64,000 nt of DNA from Hamiltosporidium tvaerminnensis FI-OER-3-3 (GCA_022605425.2 CM061246.1:1054001-1118000), one strand, 5' to 3'; shown: positions 1 to 9,619, numbered from the stretch's first letter. Program-made: numbers and translations. Notes: generated by a model not told the origin, from the sequence alone.

Positions 1-598
1 AAGAATAAGATAACACTCATTGAAGTAGGAATCACTTCCCAAGATTCACTTCAAATAGTTGAAACTGAAAAACTTAGGAAGTATGACCTGTTAGCCAATG
101 AGTTGGGTCTTATTTATAAGTGTAGTGTTGAGATAATCCCTTATGTGATGACCTGGGACGGTATTGTGACAAAATACCATAAATCTCATCTTAAAAGACT
201 AGAAATACCCATGAATGTAGAAGCATACATTCAGTCTATAGTGCTTAAGCAGACAGTCGAAACAATTTCCTTTGATCGACGAAGAGGACTTGAATCAGAA
301 CTAAATGCCGAAGAGAGCTGGGAGAGAGCGTCAAAGGGTGTTATTATGAGATCAGAGGTGCATGAGGAACCAACACCCCCTTTAAAAGTAGAGAAGAGAG
401 AGGAAGATGGTGAAAAAAAAAATTTAAACCAAAAAATAAAGCACCCCTTATTTCACAAGGAGGAACCACTTTAGAGGAACCGACCAATAACATAAATGAA
501 GAGTCGGATTTAGAAGAAGAGACAATAGTGGTTAAAGAGGTAGAAGAAAACATATAAAAATGGTAAAAATGTTTTAACCCAGAATTTTATTAAATAAA
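1..598 (+). mobile_element. R4/Dong-like RLE non-LTR retrotransposon, 3' end (copy A; runs off the window's left edge; frameshift near the A-run at ~412-422)
   Basis: Encodes ITLIEVGITSQDSLQIVETEKLRKYDLLANELGL (second half of a PD-(D/E)xK restriction-like endonuclease). Nearly identical to copy C at 11890-12491. Ends in the shared terminus ttaacccagaattttattaaataaa (574-598). Confidence 0.9.
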
Positions 599-622
599 AT
601 ATGTTTCTAATAATATTTTTAT

Positions 623-1991
623 AATTTATTTAATAAAATTCTGGGTTAACAAATTTTCTCTCGTTTAACTAATTTCTTCCATCACTTTAACCACTTTATT
701 CTCTTTTTCTACATCCGACTTATCATTAATGTCTATCGTCGGTTCCTCTGGTCTGGTTACGTCATCTAAAATAAGGGGTAAAATATTTTTTGAATTTACT
801 TGTTTAACACTATCTTCCTCGTTCTTCACTTCTTTTAAGGGGGGTGTTGGCTGTTTATGCATCTCAGCTCCTATAATAACACTTAATGACGCTCTCTCCC
901 AGCTCTCTTCGGCACTTGGTCCCGACTCAATTCCTCTTCGTCGATCGAAGGAAATCATTTCGACTGTTTTCTTAAGTACTATGGACTGAATGTATGCCTC
1001 TACATTTATGGGTATTTGTAATCTTTTAAGATAAGTCTTATGGTATTTTGTCACAATACCGTCCCATGTTATCACATAAGGAATTATCTCTACACTACAT
1101 TTGTAAATAAGGCCTAACTCATTTGCTAATAGGTCATACTTCCTAAGTTTTTCTGTTTCAACTATTTGAAGAGAGTCTTGGGATGTGATTCCTACTTCAA
1201 TGAGGGTTATCCTATTCTGTCTCTTGTCTAAAATAAATATATCTGGTCTGTTACACCGGATCTTGACATCAGTTTTTATTCTGGTGTCCACTCTTATCTC
1301 TGCATATTCGTTATCAAGAATTTCTTGAACTGAGTGGCTTCTAATTCGTTTCGAAGACTTAAACTTATATTTATTCAGCAAGAGTAAATGTATACATCGT
1401 ACCACTTCATTATGTCGTCTAGTATAGTCATGACCAAGCATTTTTTCACATTTCGTTGCTAGGTGATCAACAGTTTTCCTAGACTGGTTGCAGTGTTGAC
1501 ACATACCTTCTGCACCCCAGAATACATTTCTATCCTGGATATAACAGAACACTGCTTCATCACGTGGTCTTACACTTCCTTTCTTTAACCATCTTGAGGA
1601 GTCATTTACACTTACCAGCTCGTTATTTCTAGCGCTATATAACTTTGAATGTAGTTTTCGATTTTTGATTTCGTTATATAGGTTAGCTAGTTGAGCTTCT
1701 TCCAATTTCTTTTTTGTGACTTCCTCTTCAAACCCGTATTATATTTTTAAAAAGTTTTTAATTAGTGCAAGATGGGTTTTATTATCCTTCTCCACCTTAA
1801 AGATTGCTGCTCGTCTAGTTGATGTATCTTTATGTTTTTCCAGACAATCCAAGAGTTGCAAAAGCATATGTTCGCTTTTGAACTCGACACTATGTAAACC
1901 TCTTCCAAGTTCTTTACGTGGAAGGTATAGACGTTCTTTGCATCCTGGGCGTAGATGTATTTTGTTCTTTACTAAAACTGCACGTACTGCG
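623..1991 (-). mobile_element. 5'-truncated R4/Dong-like RLE non-LTR retrotransposon (copy B) with 12-bp target-site duplication
   Basis: Frame reads RLYLPRKELGRGL (RT thumb motif typical of R4/Dong), one premature TAA at 1739-1741, then ORF 665-1705 with CCHC knuckle CQHC..DHLATKC, RHNEVV and RLE motif RPDIFILD..LIEVGIT..K..KY. Flanked by taatatttttat at 611-622 and 1992-2003. Confidence 0.92.
665..1705 (-). CDS. C-terminal portion (CCHC zinc knuckle + RLE + acidic tail) of the retrotransposon ORF; not a standalone gene
   Basis: 346-aa ORF called from a TTG that lies inside a longer homologous frame; motifs as for copy B. Confidence 0.8.
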   Translation of the reverse strand: MEEAQLANLYNEIKNRKLHSKLYSARNNELVSVNDSSRWLKKGSVRPRDEAVFCYIQDRNVFWGAEGMCQHCNQSRKTVDHLATKCEKMLGHDYTRRHNEVVRCIHLLLLNKYKFKSSKRIRSHSVQEILDNEYAEIRVDTRIKTDVKIRCNRPDIFILDKRQNRITLIEVGITSQDSLQIVETEKLRKYDLLANELGLIYKCSVEIIPYVITWDGIVTKYHKTYLKRLQIPINVEAYIQSIVLKKTVEMISFDRRRGIESGPSAEESWERASLSVIIGAEMHKQPTPPLKEVKNEEDSVKQVNSKNILPLILDDVTRPEEPTIDINDKSDVEKENKVVKVMEEIS

Positions 1992-2041
1992 TAATATTTT
2001 TATTAATAATATATGTTTTTAATTATTTATTTAAAAATATC

Positions 2042-2113
2042 ACATCTTTTTCAAAACAGTGGCAAGTGTTATATTTGTTTTTATGACATTAACGCAGTTC
2101 TAGGTTTAACATA
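2042..2113. repeat. ~72-nt dispersed repeat, copy 1
   Basis: acatctttttcaaaacagtggcaagtgttat...atgacattaacgcagttctaggtttaacata aligns with 12893-12962. Confidence 0.75.
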
Positions 2114-2119
2114 AATAAC

Positions 2120-2758
2120 TGCTACCCCAACACTCCATCGGTAATCCCTGCGATACCTACGTCCCAAAGCCTTTCATCTACCAGGTGTGTAGAACCTAAT
2201 TTCTAGGCGAGGCAGTTGCCCGGAGTTCGTTAATGTCCGTTGCATGGAGTGTGATCGAAGGCCGAAGCCCCCCCCCTGGGCTCCCCCAAGACTATGCAGC
2301 ATTCCCACTTACTCTACACTTTCTGAACCCAATAAACTTCTAGCTAATATATATTTCAGAGATTTACATGGGGTCCACCTAGACAGTGCAATGTCATACC
2401 AACAGGTATAACCTGCTACTTAGCTCTCCCGGCTTTTAATGGGTTTTATTTTTATATCCCCCAGGCGCTAAGTCTTCTAACCCGAGTGAGCAAGGCTAGG
2501 TTTCCATGCTTTTACATGGCAATTACCTACATGTTCAGCTGCGGTCTGCAATCTGGTTACATAAAAAACTACAAATAAATTCGTAGAAAAAGTTTCTCCA
2601 TTTCTTAGACCTCTCCTCGTCATAACAACACCCATGGAACAACCGAAGATGTAGTGTGGTTGTATTCCACCCAAAAATCCAAACAATGACCTCACACCAG
2701 TTTCACACACTCATTGCCAAGCAGAAAGTTTTTTATGCGGTTATCCTCCCTCCACCCT
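2120..2758 (-). other. GC-rich, hairpin-dense island: candidate structured ncRNA or eroded RT fragment of a different element family
   Basis: Much higher GC than its flanks and G-rich on the minus strand. C(UUCG)G hairpin at 2257-2272 plus several inverted repeats. One minus frame also shows RT-like words (RRGLRNGETFS..LF, LGDIKIKP, GGFGL) interrupted by 4 stops. Confidence 0.35.
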
Positions 2759-3143
2759 ATGTTTTAATAATATTTTTATTAATAATATATGTTTTTACCA
2801 AAATTTTAATTTACTTTTTTATTTAAAATTTTATTTAATATCAAATATAGAACTTATACGATCAATAATATTTAATTTAAAAAATAATTTAATTTACAAA
2901 AATTCTATTTTGTTAAAGAAAATAATTTGGGTAGAAAGAAATACTTTTCTATAGATTTATATTACTAACCTAATTGAAAAATATTCTTCAAATAACTAAT
3001 ACCTTCTTCTATAAAGAAATAAAACATTTCCTAAAAAACATAAAAAATATTTTCTCTAACCCTAAATTATAAATTTTGTATAAAATATAAACCTACCTTG
3101 CCAATAAGAAAATTAAATTCCTAAAAAATAAAAAAAATATTTT

Positions 3144-3152
3144 CCCAAACCC
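3144..3152 (+). promoter_or_regulatory. CCC motif(s) upstream of the IleRS start codon
   Basis: tttCCCaaaCCCtgcataaaaagaaATG after an A/T-rich tract. CCC-like motifs near the start codon are a known microsporidian transcription-start signature. Confidence 0.55.
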
Positions 3153-3165
3153 TGCATAAAAAGAA

Positions 3166-6100
3166 ATGACAGAACAAAAAACCGTAGATAAAAACATAAA
3201 CAAATTAAACCAACAAAAAAGCAAAGACCCAACCGACGAGAATCAATGCTCATCACAAATAAATTCATTTCCTTTGATCGAAGAAAAAATATTAAAATTA
3301 TGGAAAGAAAACAAAGCATTTGAAACATCAAATATTCTTTCTGCTGACAGACCACCCTACATATTTTATGAAGGACCACCTTTTGCTACAGGATTACCTC
3401 ATTATGGCCACATACTAGCCAGTACTATTAAGGACACTGTTACTCGTTTCTATTATCAGAAAGGATACCACGTTACTCGTAATTTTGGATGGGATTGCCA
3501 TGGACTTCCTGTGGAATATGAAATTGATAAAAAACTTAATATCAGTACAAGAGAAGAGATTATAGAGATGGGAATTGACAAATACAACCAGAAATGCCGT
3601 GAAATAGTTCTTATGTATTCTACAGAATGGGAAAAAATTATTTGTAGACTTGGAAGATGGATTTCTTTTAAAAACGGATACCGTACGATGGATACTCCAT
3701 TTATGGAGAGTGTATGGAATATTTTTAAAATGTTGTACGACAAAGACCTGATATATCGAGGATACCGAGTCATGCCATTTTCTACTGCCTGTTCTACTCC
3801 TCTCTCTAATTTTGAAGCAAATCAAAATTACAAAGAAGTCTCCGATCCATCTATTTTGGTAAAATTTCCACTTCTCAAACCCTTCCACCATAAAAATGTA
3901 AGTCTTCTTGCATGGACAACCACACCTTGGACACTTCCTTCTAATTGTGCCCTTCTAGTCAATACCACCATTACGTATGGAATATTTGAATACGAATCTG
4001 AATTCCTTATAATGTCAGTTGACAGACTTTCTTCGTTTAATTTAAAATTTCCAGAAAATTTAAATTCCAAAAAAACAGGAAAATCTGAAGATTTAAAAAT
4101 AAAAAAAACAGGAAATTTTAATTTGAATAAATCAGAGGATCTAAATCCTAACAAATCTAATAAATCAGAAGATTCAAATCTTAGTAGTCTCAGTAAACCA
4201 GAAGATTTAAATCTTAGTAGTCTCAGTAAATCAGAAGATTTAAATCCCAATAATATCAATAATCATAGTGAACATATTCCAGATTCCAAATTCATTGCCA
4301 CATTCCTAGGTGAAGACCTTCTAAACTTAGAATACGAACCTCCATTTTCTAATTTCATAAATTTAAGAGAAAAAGGATATTTCAAAGTATATCCAGCAGA
4401 CTTCGTTTCCAACCAAGACGGTACAGGAATAGTACACTGTGCCCCTGCATTCGGAGAAGAAGATTACAAAGCATTTGTAAAAAACAACCTTATAAAAGAA
4501 AACGACATCGTCCCCTGCCCAATAAACGACAAAGGTAAATTTACATCTCAAATACCCCAATACCAAGACAAATACGTTAAAGAAGCAGACAAATTAATAA
4601 TAAAAGATATAAAAAATAAAATATTACAAAACAACAGAATAACACACAGATACCCTTTCTGTTGGAGATCAGACACACCCCTAATATACAAGTTAGTACC
4701 CAACTGGTTTGTAAAAGTCAAACAATTTACAAACCAACTTCTTACAAACAACGAACTTATCAATTGGATACCACCATCCATTAAATATAAGAAATTCCAT
4801 AATTGGCTTCAAAATGCCAAAGACTGGAGTATTTCTAGAAATAGATTTTGGGGAACACCATTACCACTCTGGACCAATAAAACATATACCAGTATTATAT
4901 GTATAGGATCTATTAAAGAATTAGAAGAATATATTTATAAGTATGGAGATACCAAAACAAAAGAGAAGTATAAGACAAGGGAATATGTGAGTGGGAGTGA
5001 GGGAGAAGGATTTAGCAAAGAAATAAATAAAAAGATTAATAAGGAAATAAATAATATAAAAGGACAAGAAGAAATAATAAAAGAAATAAATGATACTAAT
5101 AATAATAATAATACTAACACAAATACTAATACTAATGCTAATAATAATAGTACCAATACTAATACTGATACTAACACAACCACTAACACCAACACAACCA
5201 CTAATACTAACCCTAACCCTACTAATACTACCACTAATACTACCATAAATGACATTCATAGAGAATTCATTGATGACATTGTTTTTATTATAAATGGTGT
5301 TGAGTATAGAAGAGTAGATGAAGTATTAGATTGTTGGTTTGAGAGTGGTAGTATGCCTTATGCACAGAACCATTGGCCATTTACAAATAAAAACATAAAT
5401 AAAGAATTTCCAGCGGATTTTATAGGAGAAGGTGCTGATCAAACAAGAGGATGGTTTTATACTTTACATGTAATTTCTTCTTTACTTTTTAACAAACCAT
5501 CTTTTAAAAATGTAATAGTTAATGGTATAGTGTTAGCTGAAGATGGAAGAAAAATGAGTAAAAGGTTACAAAACTATCCTGATCCTTCTTATGTTATTAA
5601 TAGGTATGGTTCTGATAGTCTTAGGATGTATCTTGTTTCTAGTCCTGTGGTAGAAGCAGAGAATTTAAGATTTAATGAAAATGGAGTTAAAGAAATTCTT
5701 AAGAATTTAATAATTCCATGGCACAACGCTCTTAATTTTTACAGGCAGTGCAGCAAGGATATAATAGATGGTGGTATAGTGGGGGGTAATGTGGGGGATA
5801 TATTAGAGGGTAGTAATTATAAGGATAGTAGTATAAATGATAATAGTATAAATGATAATAGTATAAAGGATAGTAGTATAAAGGATAGTGAACAACAGGG
5901 TGTTAATACTAGTACTAATAAACAACACCCTGTTAATACCACACCTAATAATTATCACCCTGTTAATACCACACCTAATAATTATCACCCTCTTAATACC
6001 ACACCTAACAATTATCACCCTCTTAATACCACACCTAATAATTATCACCCTGTTAATACCACACCTAATAATTATCACCCTCTTAATACCACACCTAACA

Positions 6101-7878
6101 ATTATCACCCTCTTAATACCACACCTAATAATTATCACCCTGTTAATACCACACCTAATAATTATCACCCTCTTAATACCACACCTAACAATTATCACCC
6201 TCTTAATACCACACCTAATAATTATCACCCTGTTAACAATACACCTAATAATTATCACCCTGTTAACAATACACCTAATAATTATCACCCTACACCTAAC
6301 ACTAACAACAATCCAATGGACCACTGGATATTAACAAGCTTTAATAACTTAGTTTATAATATAACAATAAAAATGAATAATTATATAATTAATGGGGTGT
6401 TAAATTATATATTAAAATTTATAGATGATTTAACTAATTGGTATATAAGAATTAACAGGGTAGAATTAAAGAAAGGTAAATTAGAGGTGTTAAGATATAT
6501 ACTTATAAATCTTAGTGTTATTATGGGACCATTTACACCTTTTTATAGTGAGTACTGTTACCAAGAGATAATGGGGTATAAAAGTAATAAGGATAGTAAT
6601 AAGGAGGGTGTTAAAGATAAGGATAACTTGGTTTGTAATAAGGAGGGTGTTAAGTATAAGGATAGTAATAAGGAGGGTGTTAATGATAAGGATAGTAATA
6701 AGAACAGGGATAGTAATAGTAATAGTAATATAAAGGATAGTAATAAGGAGGGTGTTAAGGATATGGATAACTTGGTTTGTAATAAGGAGGGTGTTAAGGA
6801 TAGTAATAATAACAATACTGGTAATAACAACCCTACAAATACTAATAATAACAACCCTACAAACACTAATACTAATATATTCTCCTCTGTTCATTACTTG
6901 ATGTACCCTGTTGTTGAAGAATTTAAATTACATTCTTTTGAAAAGGCTAAGGAAGTAATAGAGGGTGTTAGAAGTATGAGAGTATTTTATAATATTTCTT
7001 TAAAAACACCTTTAAATAATATGAAGGTTATTTGTAAAGAAGAGTATTGGAAAGAGTTATTAGAGTATAAGGGTGTTATTATGAGAGAATGTAATATATT
7101 AGAAATGGGAATGGAAGTTGAAGAGTCTTTTTGTATTAAAGTGGTAGTTAAGCCTAATTTCAAGGAGATAAACAGGAGGTGTAATAGTAATGGTGGGGAT
7201 AATAGTATATATGATAATAAGGGAGAATTAAATAAGGAATTAAATAAAGAATTAAATAAGGGAGAATTAAACAAGGAATTAAATAAAGAATTAAATAACA
7301 AACCTAATAATAAAAAACCAAATACAACTAACAATACTAATAATAACAAACCTAATACAACTAACAATACAACTAACAATACAACTAACAATACTGATAA
7401 TAGGAAGGATGTTGGGGTTAAAATACAGGCAATAAGAAATATGACAGATGAGGAAATTAAAGGGGTGATAAGTTCAGGGAAGGTAGTAAAGGATTCTATA
7501 GTAATATTTGATGATGAATTGATAGTTGACAGGGTAATTGATGGTGGTGATAAGGGAGTGTTATTTAAAGGATGGGAGTTAAAAGTATTTTCATGGTTTT
7601 CTATATTATTAGATGTTCAAATGACAGATGAATTGATAGAAATGAGAGATGCAAGAGAATTTAATAGTTTTTATCAAAAGATGAGAAAAGGAGCAGGACT
7701 TAGTTTACAAGATAATGTATTTCTTACTATTAATGGGTCTGATGATTTAGTAGAGTTGTGTAATAAATTTTATGATTTTAAGATATGTGAAGAGAGAGGA
7801 GGAGAGGTTGTTGGTAGGGATAAGTATAAATATAAGGATAAGGATGTTAGTATAACACTGAGAAGGGGTAATGAGTGA
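3166..7878 (+). CDS. ILS1: Isoleucyl-tRNA synthetase, eukaryotic cytosolic type, with large Asn-rich/repeat insertions
   Basis: HIGH region GPPFATGLPHYGH, GWDCHGLPVE, CP1 editing motifs WTTTPWTLPSN and GTGIVHCAPAFGEED, WSISRNRFWGTPLP, DCWFESGSMPY, EGADQTRGWFY, and KMSKS-type RKMSKRLQNY. 1570 aa, intronless. Confidence 0.97.
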   Translation: MTEQKTVDKNINKLNQQKSKDPTDENQCSSQINSFPLIEEKILKLWKENKAFETSNILSADRPPYIFYEGPPFATGLPHYGHILASTIKDTVTRFYYQKGYHVTRNFGWDCHGLPVEYEIDKKLNISTREEIIEMGIDKYNQKCREIVLMYSTEWEKIICRLGRWISFKNGYRTMDTPFMESVWNIFKMLYDKDLIYRGYRVMPFSTACSTPLSNFEANQNYKEVSDPSILVKFPLLKPFHHKNVSLLAWTTTPWTLPSNCALLVNTTITYGIFEYESEFLIMSVDRLSSFNLKFPENLNSKKTGKSEDLKIKKTGNFNLNKSEDLNPNKSNKSEDSNLSSLSKPEDLNLSSLSKSEDLNPNNINNHSEHIPDSKFIATFLGEDLLNLEYEPPFSNFINLREKGYFKVYPADFVSNQDGTGIVHCAPAFGEEDYKAFVKNNLIKENDIVPCPINDKGKFTSQIPQYQDKYVKEADKLIIKDIKNKILQNNRITHRYPFCWRSDTPLIYKLVPNWFVKVKQFTNQLLTNNELINWIPPSIKYKKFHNWLQNAKDWSISRNRFWGTPLPLWTNKTYTSIICIGSIKELEEYIYKYGDTKTKEKYKTREYVSGSEGEGFSKEINKKINKEINNIKGQEEIIKEINDTNNNNNTNTNTNTNANNNSTNTNTDTNTTTNTNTTTNTNPNPTNTTTNTTINDIHREFIDDIVFIINGVEYRRVDEVLDCWFESGSMPYAQNHWPFTNKNINKEFPADFIGEGADQTRGWFYTLHVISSLLFNKPSFKNVIVNGIVLAEDGRKMSKRLQNYPDPSYVINRYGSDSLRMYLVSSPVVEAENLRFNENGVKEILKNLIIPWHNALNFYRQCSKDIIDGGIVGGNVGDILEGSNYKDSSINDNSINDNSIKDSSIKDSEQQGVNTSTNKQHPVNTTPNNYHPVNTTPNNYHPLNTTPNNYHPLNTTPNNYHPVNTTPNNYHPLNTTPNNYHPLNTTPNNYHPVNTTPNNYHPLNTTPNNYHPLNTTPNNYHPVNNTPNNYHPVNNTPNNYHPTPNTNNNPMDHWILTSFNNLVYNITIKMNNYIINGVLNYILKFIDDLTNWYIRINRVELKKGKLEVLRYILINLSVIMGPFTPFYSEYCYQEIMGYKSNKDSNKEGVKDKDNLVCNKEGVKYKDSNKEGVNDKDSNKNRDSNSNSNIKDSNKEGVKDMDNLVCNKEGVKDSNNNNTGNNNPTNTNNNNPTNTNTNIFSSVHYLMYPVVEEFKLHSFEKAKEVIEGVRSMRVFYNISLKTPLNNMKVICKEEYWKELLEYKGVIMRECNILEMGMEVEESFCIKVVVKPNFKEINRRCNSNGGDNSIYDNKGELNKELNKELNKGELNKELNKELNNKPNNKKPNTTNNTNNNKPNTTNNTTNNTTNNTDNRKDVGVKIQAIRNMTDEEIKGVISSGKVVKDSIVIFDDELIVDRVIDGGDKGVLFKGWELKVFSWFSILLDVQMTDELIEMRDAREFNSFYQKMRKGAGLSLQDNVFLTINGSDDLVELCNKFYDFKICEERGGEVVGRDKYKYKDKDVSITLRRGNE
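5926..6291 (+). repeat. Coding minisatellite: 12 x 30 nt (HP[V/L]NTTPNNY) with a 90-nt higher-order unit
   Basis: Unit acacctaataattatcaccct(g/c)ttaatacc. Variant order V,V,L,L,V,L,L,V,L,L,V,V, with an aac variant recurring every 90 nt. Confidence 0.97.
6585..6880 (+). repeat. Coding repeat (DSNKEGVK / NNPTNTN) inserted in IleRS
   Basis: Five copies of aataaggagggtgttaa; ggataacttggtttgtaataaggagggtgttaag occurs at 6621 and 6765. Confidence 0.9.
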
Positions 7879-8080
7879 TATTAGTTGAATATAGAGGATT
7901 ATAGTAGGGATAAGTATAATGATGTTAGTATAACACTGAGAAGGGGTAATGATTTATAGTAGTAGGATATAGGGGATTATAGTAGGAATAAGGATAAGGA
8001 TGTTAGTATAACACTGAGAAGGGGTAATGAGTGATATTAGTAGAATAAGGAGAGGATTATAGTAGGGATAAGTATAAGAT
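7832..8080 (+). repeat. Tandem duplication of the IleRS 3' end/stop region, period 78 nt
   Basis: gatgttagtataacactgagaaggggtaatga starts at 7843, 7921 and 7999. Confidence 0.9.
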
Positions 8081-9328
8081 TTATAGTAGAATATAGAGGA
8101 GTATAAAGATATAAAGTATTATAAAATTATAAGAGTATAGAGTAATATAATCTTATATAAGAGAGTGTTAGTAATACTATAATATATAATCTTATATAGG
8201 AGGGTGTTAGTAATATATATATTATTTAAAATATAAATCTTATATTTAAATTAAAATATTCTTCCTTTATTTATAATTATTCAGTCTTTATTTATATTCC
8301 TATGTTTTATTTAAATTATTCTTCCTTTAATTTTATTAAGTATTATTTATGATCCTTTGCTTAATTATATTCCTATGTTTTATTTACAATCATACTAGAT
8401 AAAAAGCTCTTAGAAACAAACTTTCTTTTACATTCCTAAGAAAAATAATACTATACTTCACTATCTGAGCCATAATTCTTTAATCATCTCAATAAAAATT
8501 TTATACTTTTACCTAGTCTGTTTCTCTTATATTTTTTAGTCCTTCATTTTTGGATTAGTGGCTGCTCTTAAGCAATTTCTCAATAAAATTTAGGATATTT
8601 TTAAAGCCTATTCTCCTCCTTCTATTTGATTTACTTTTAATTTTTCAGACCTTCAGCTCGGCATTTTATGTTTACTCTGTTCACATTCCACTTATTTTTA
8701 TTCAATTATGTCTTTTTTTTCTCGAAAAAATTTATTCAGACTTTGTATTTTCTTTATCAGAAAACACAGTTCGTTTAACTATATGCTGTATTATTAAATT
8801 TATTTATTCTATAAAGTCTTAGTCATTTTTATTGAAAATCTTTTAATTTAATCTAGTATATGTTCTACGAAACTATCCAAGTAAATTTTTTTTGTAATTA
8901 CTATTGAGAATATAAAAAATATATTACATAGAAGAATGGTAGAAAGCAGCATTCGTATCATACAATTTTTTATGTAACTGTAAATTCTTAGAAAATAAAG
9001 CTTAACCAAGTGATTTAATTTTTTCTAAACAGAATACTTTAGAAAAATGAAAAAATACATACCTTTGTTTTTACTTCCATATAAATACAGTCTAGAAAGG
9101 ATTTTTGCAATTTTTATTTCAAATTTTTTTTGAGCAGAAGAAGTTTTTTAATTGTTTTATGTTCAGTTCTACTCACTATTATTGGTTGCATATGATTTAT
9201 GAACAAATAGAAAGAAACATATCTTAATTGGAGCACTCTTTTCTGTGTCTTATATTTTTTTAACCAATTAAACATTTCGAGGTGAGACAACGTCAGGACA
9301 TTACAGAATTATATTTATGATATTTTAA

Positions 9329-9619
9329 TTATAATCCTATGTTTTATTTATAAAATTGTAAGAAGGATTGATTTCTTGGTGGAATTTATAATCCTATTTT
9401 TTTATTTATAATTCTATTTTTTTATTTATAAAATTGTAAGAAGGATTGATTTCTTGGTGGAATTTATAATCCTATTTTTTTATTTATAATCCTATGTTTT
9501 ATTTATAAAATTGTAAGAAGGATTGATTTCTTGGTGGAATTTATAATCCTATTTTTTTATTTATAATCCTATGTTTTATTTATAAAATTGTAAGAAGGAT
9601 TGATTTGTTGGTGGAATTT
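9329..9619 (-). repeat. Tandem array of the CEF1 3' end (last codons + stop + AATAAA), 4 copies, period 77-78 nt
   Basis: gtaagaaggattgattt(c/g)ttggtggaattt starts at 9358, 9436, 9513 and 9590; the last copy is the real CDS end. Confidence 0.93.

Noticed and set aside
2257-2475. U1 snRNA call (ACTTA..CCTGG, AUUGCAC loop, UUCG terminal hairpin on the minus strand)
   Set aside because: The 5' splice-site-pairing ACUUACCUG is interrupted by 3 nt and sequestered in a helix, and there is no proper Sm site before the last hairpin. Kept only as part of the unresolved island finding.
2503-2519. U5 loop I-like GCTTTTAC hairpin on the plus strand
   Set aside because: One base short of the invariant GCCUUUUAC, with no downstream Sm site on that strand.
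2735-2760. AGGGTGG..ACCGC resembling a T-box riboswitch upstream of IleRS
   Set aside because: It is on the strand opposite to IleRS, the spacing is wrong, and the context is eukaryotic.
5926-6291. CRISPR-like array
   Set aside because: Contiguous tandem units without unique spacers, in frame within a eukaryotic CDS, and no cas genes.
3415-7391. Numerous antisense/alternate-frame ORFs over IleRS (e.g. 5803-6324, 5888-6334, 4921-5259)
   Set aside because: Shadow ORFs produced by stop-poor low-complexity repeats.
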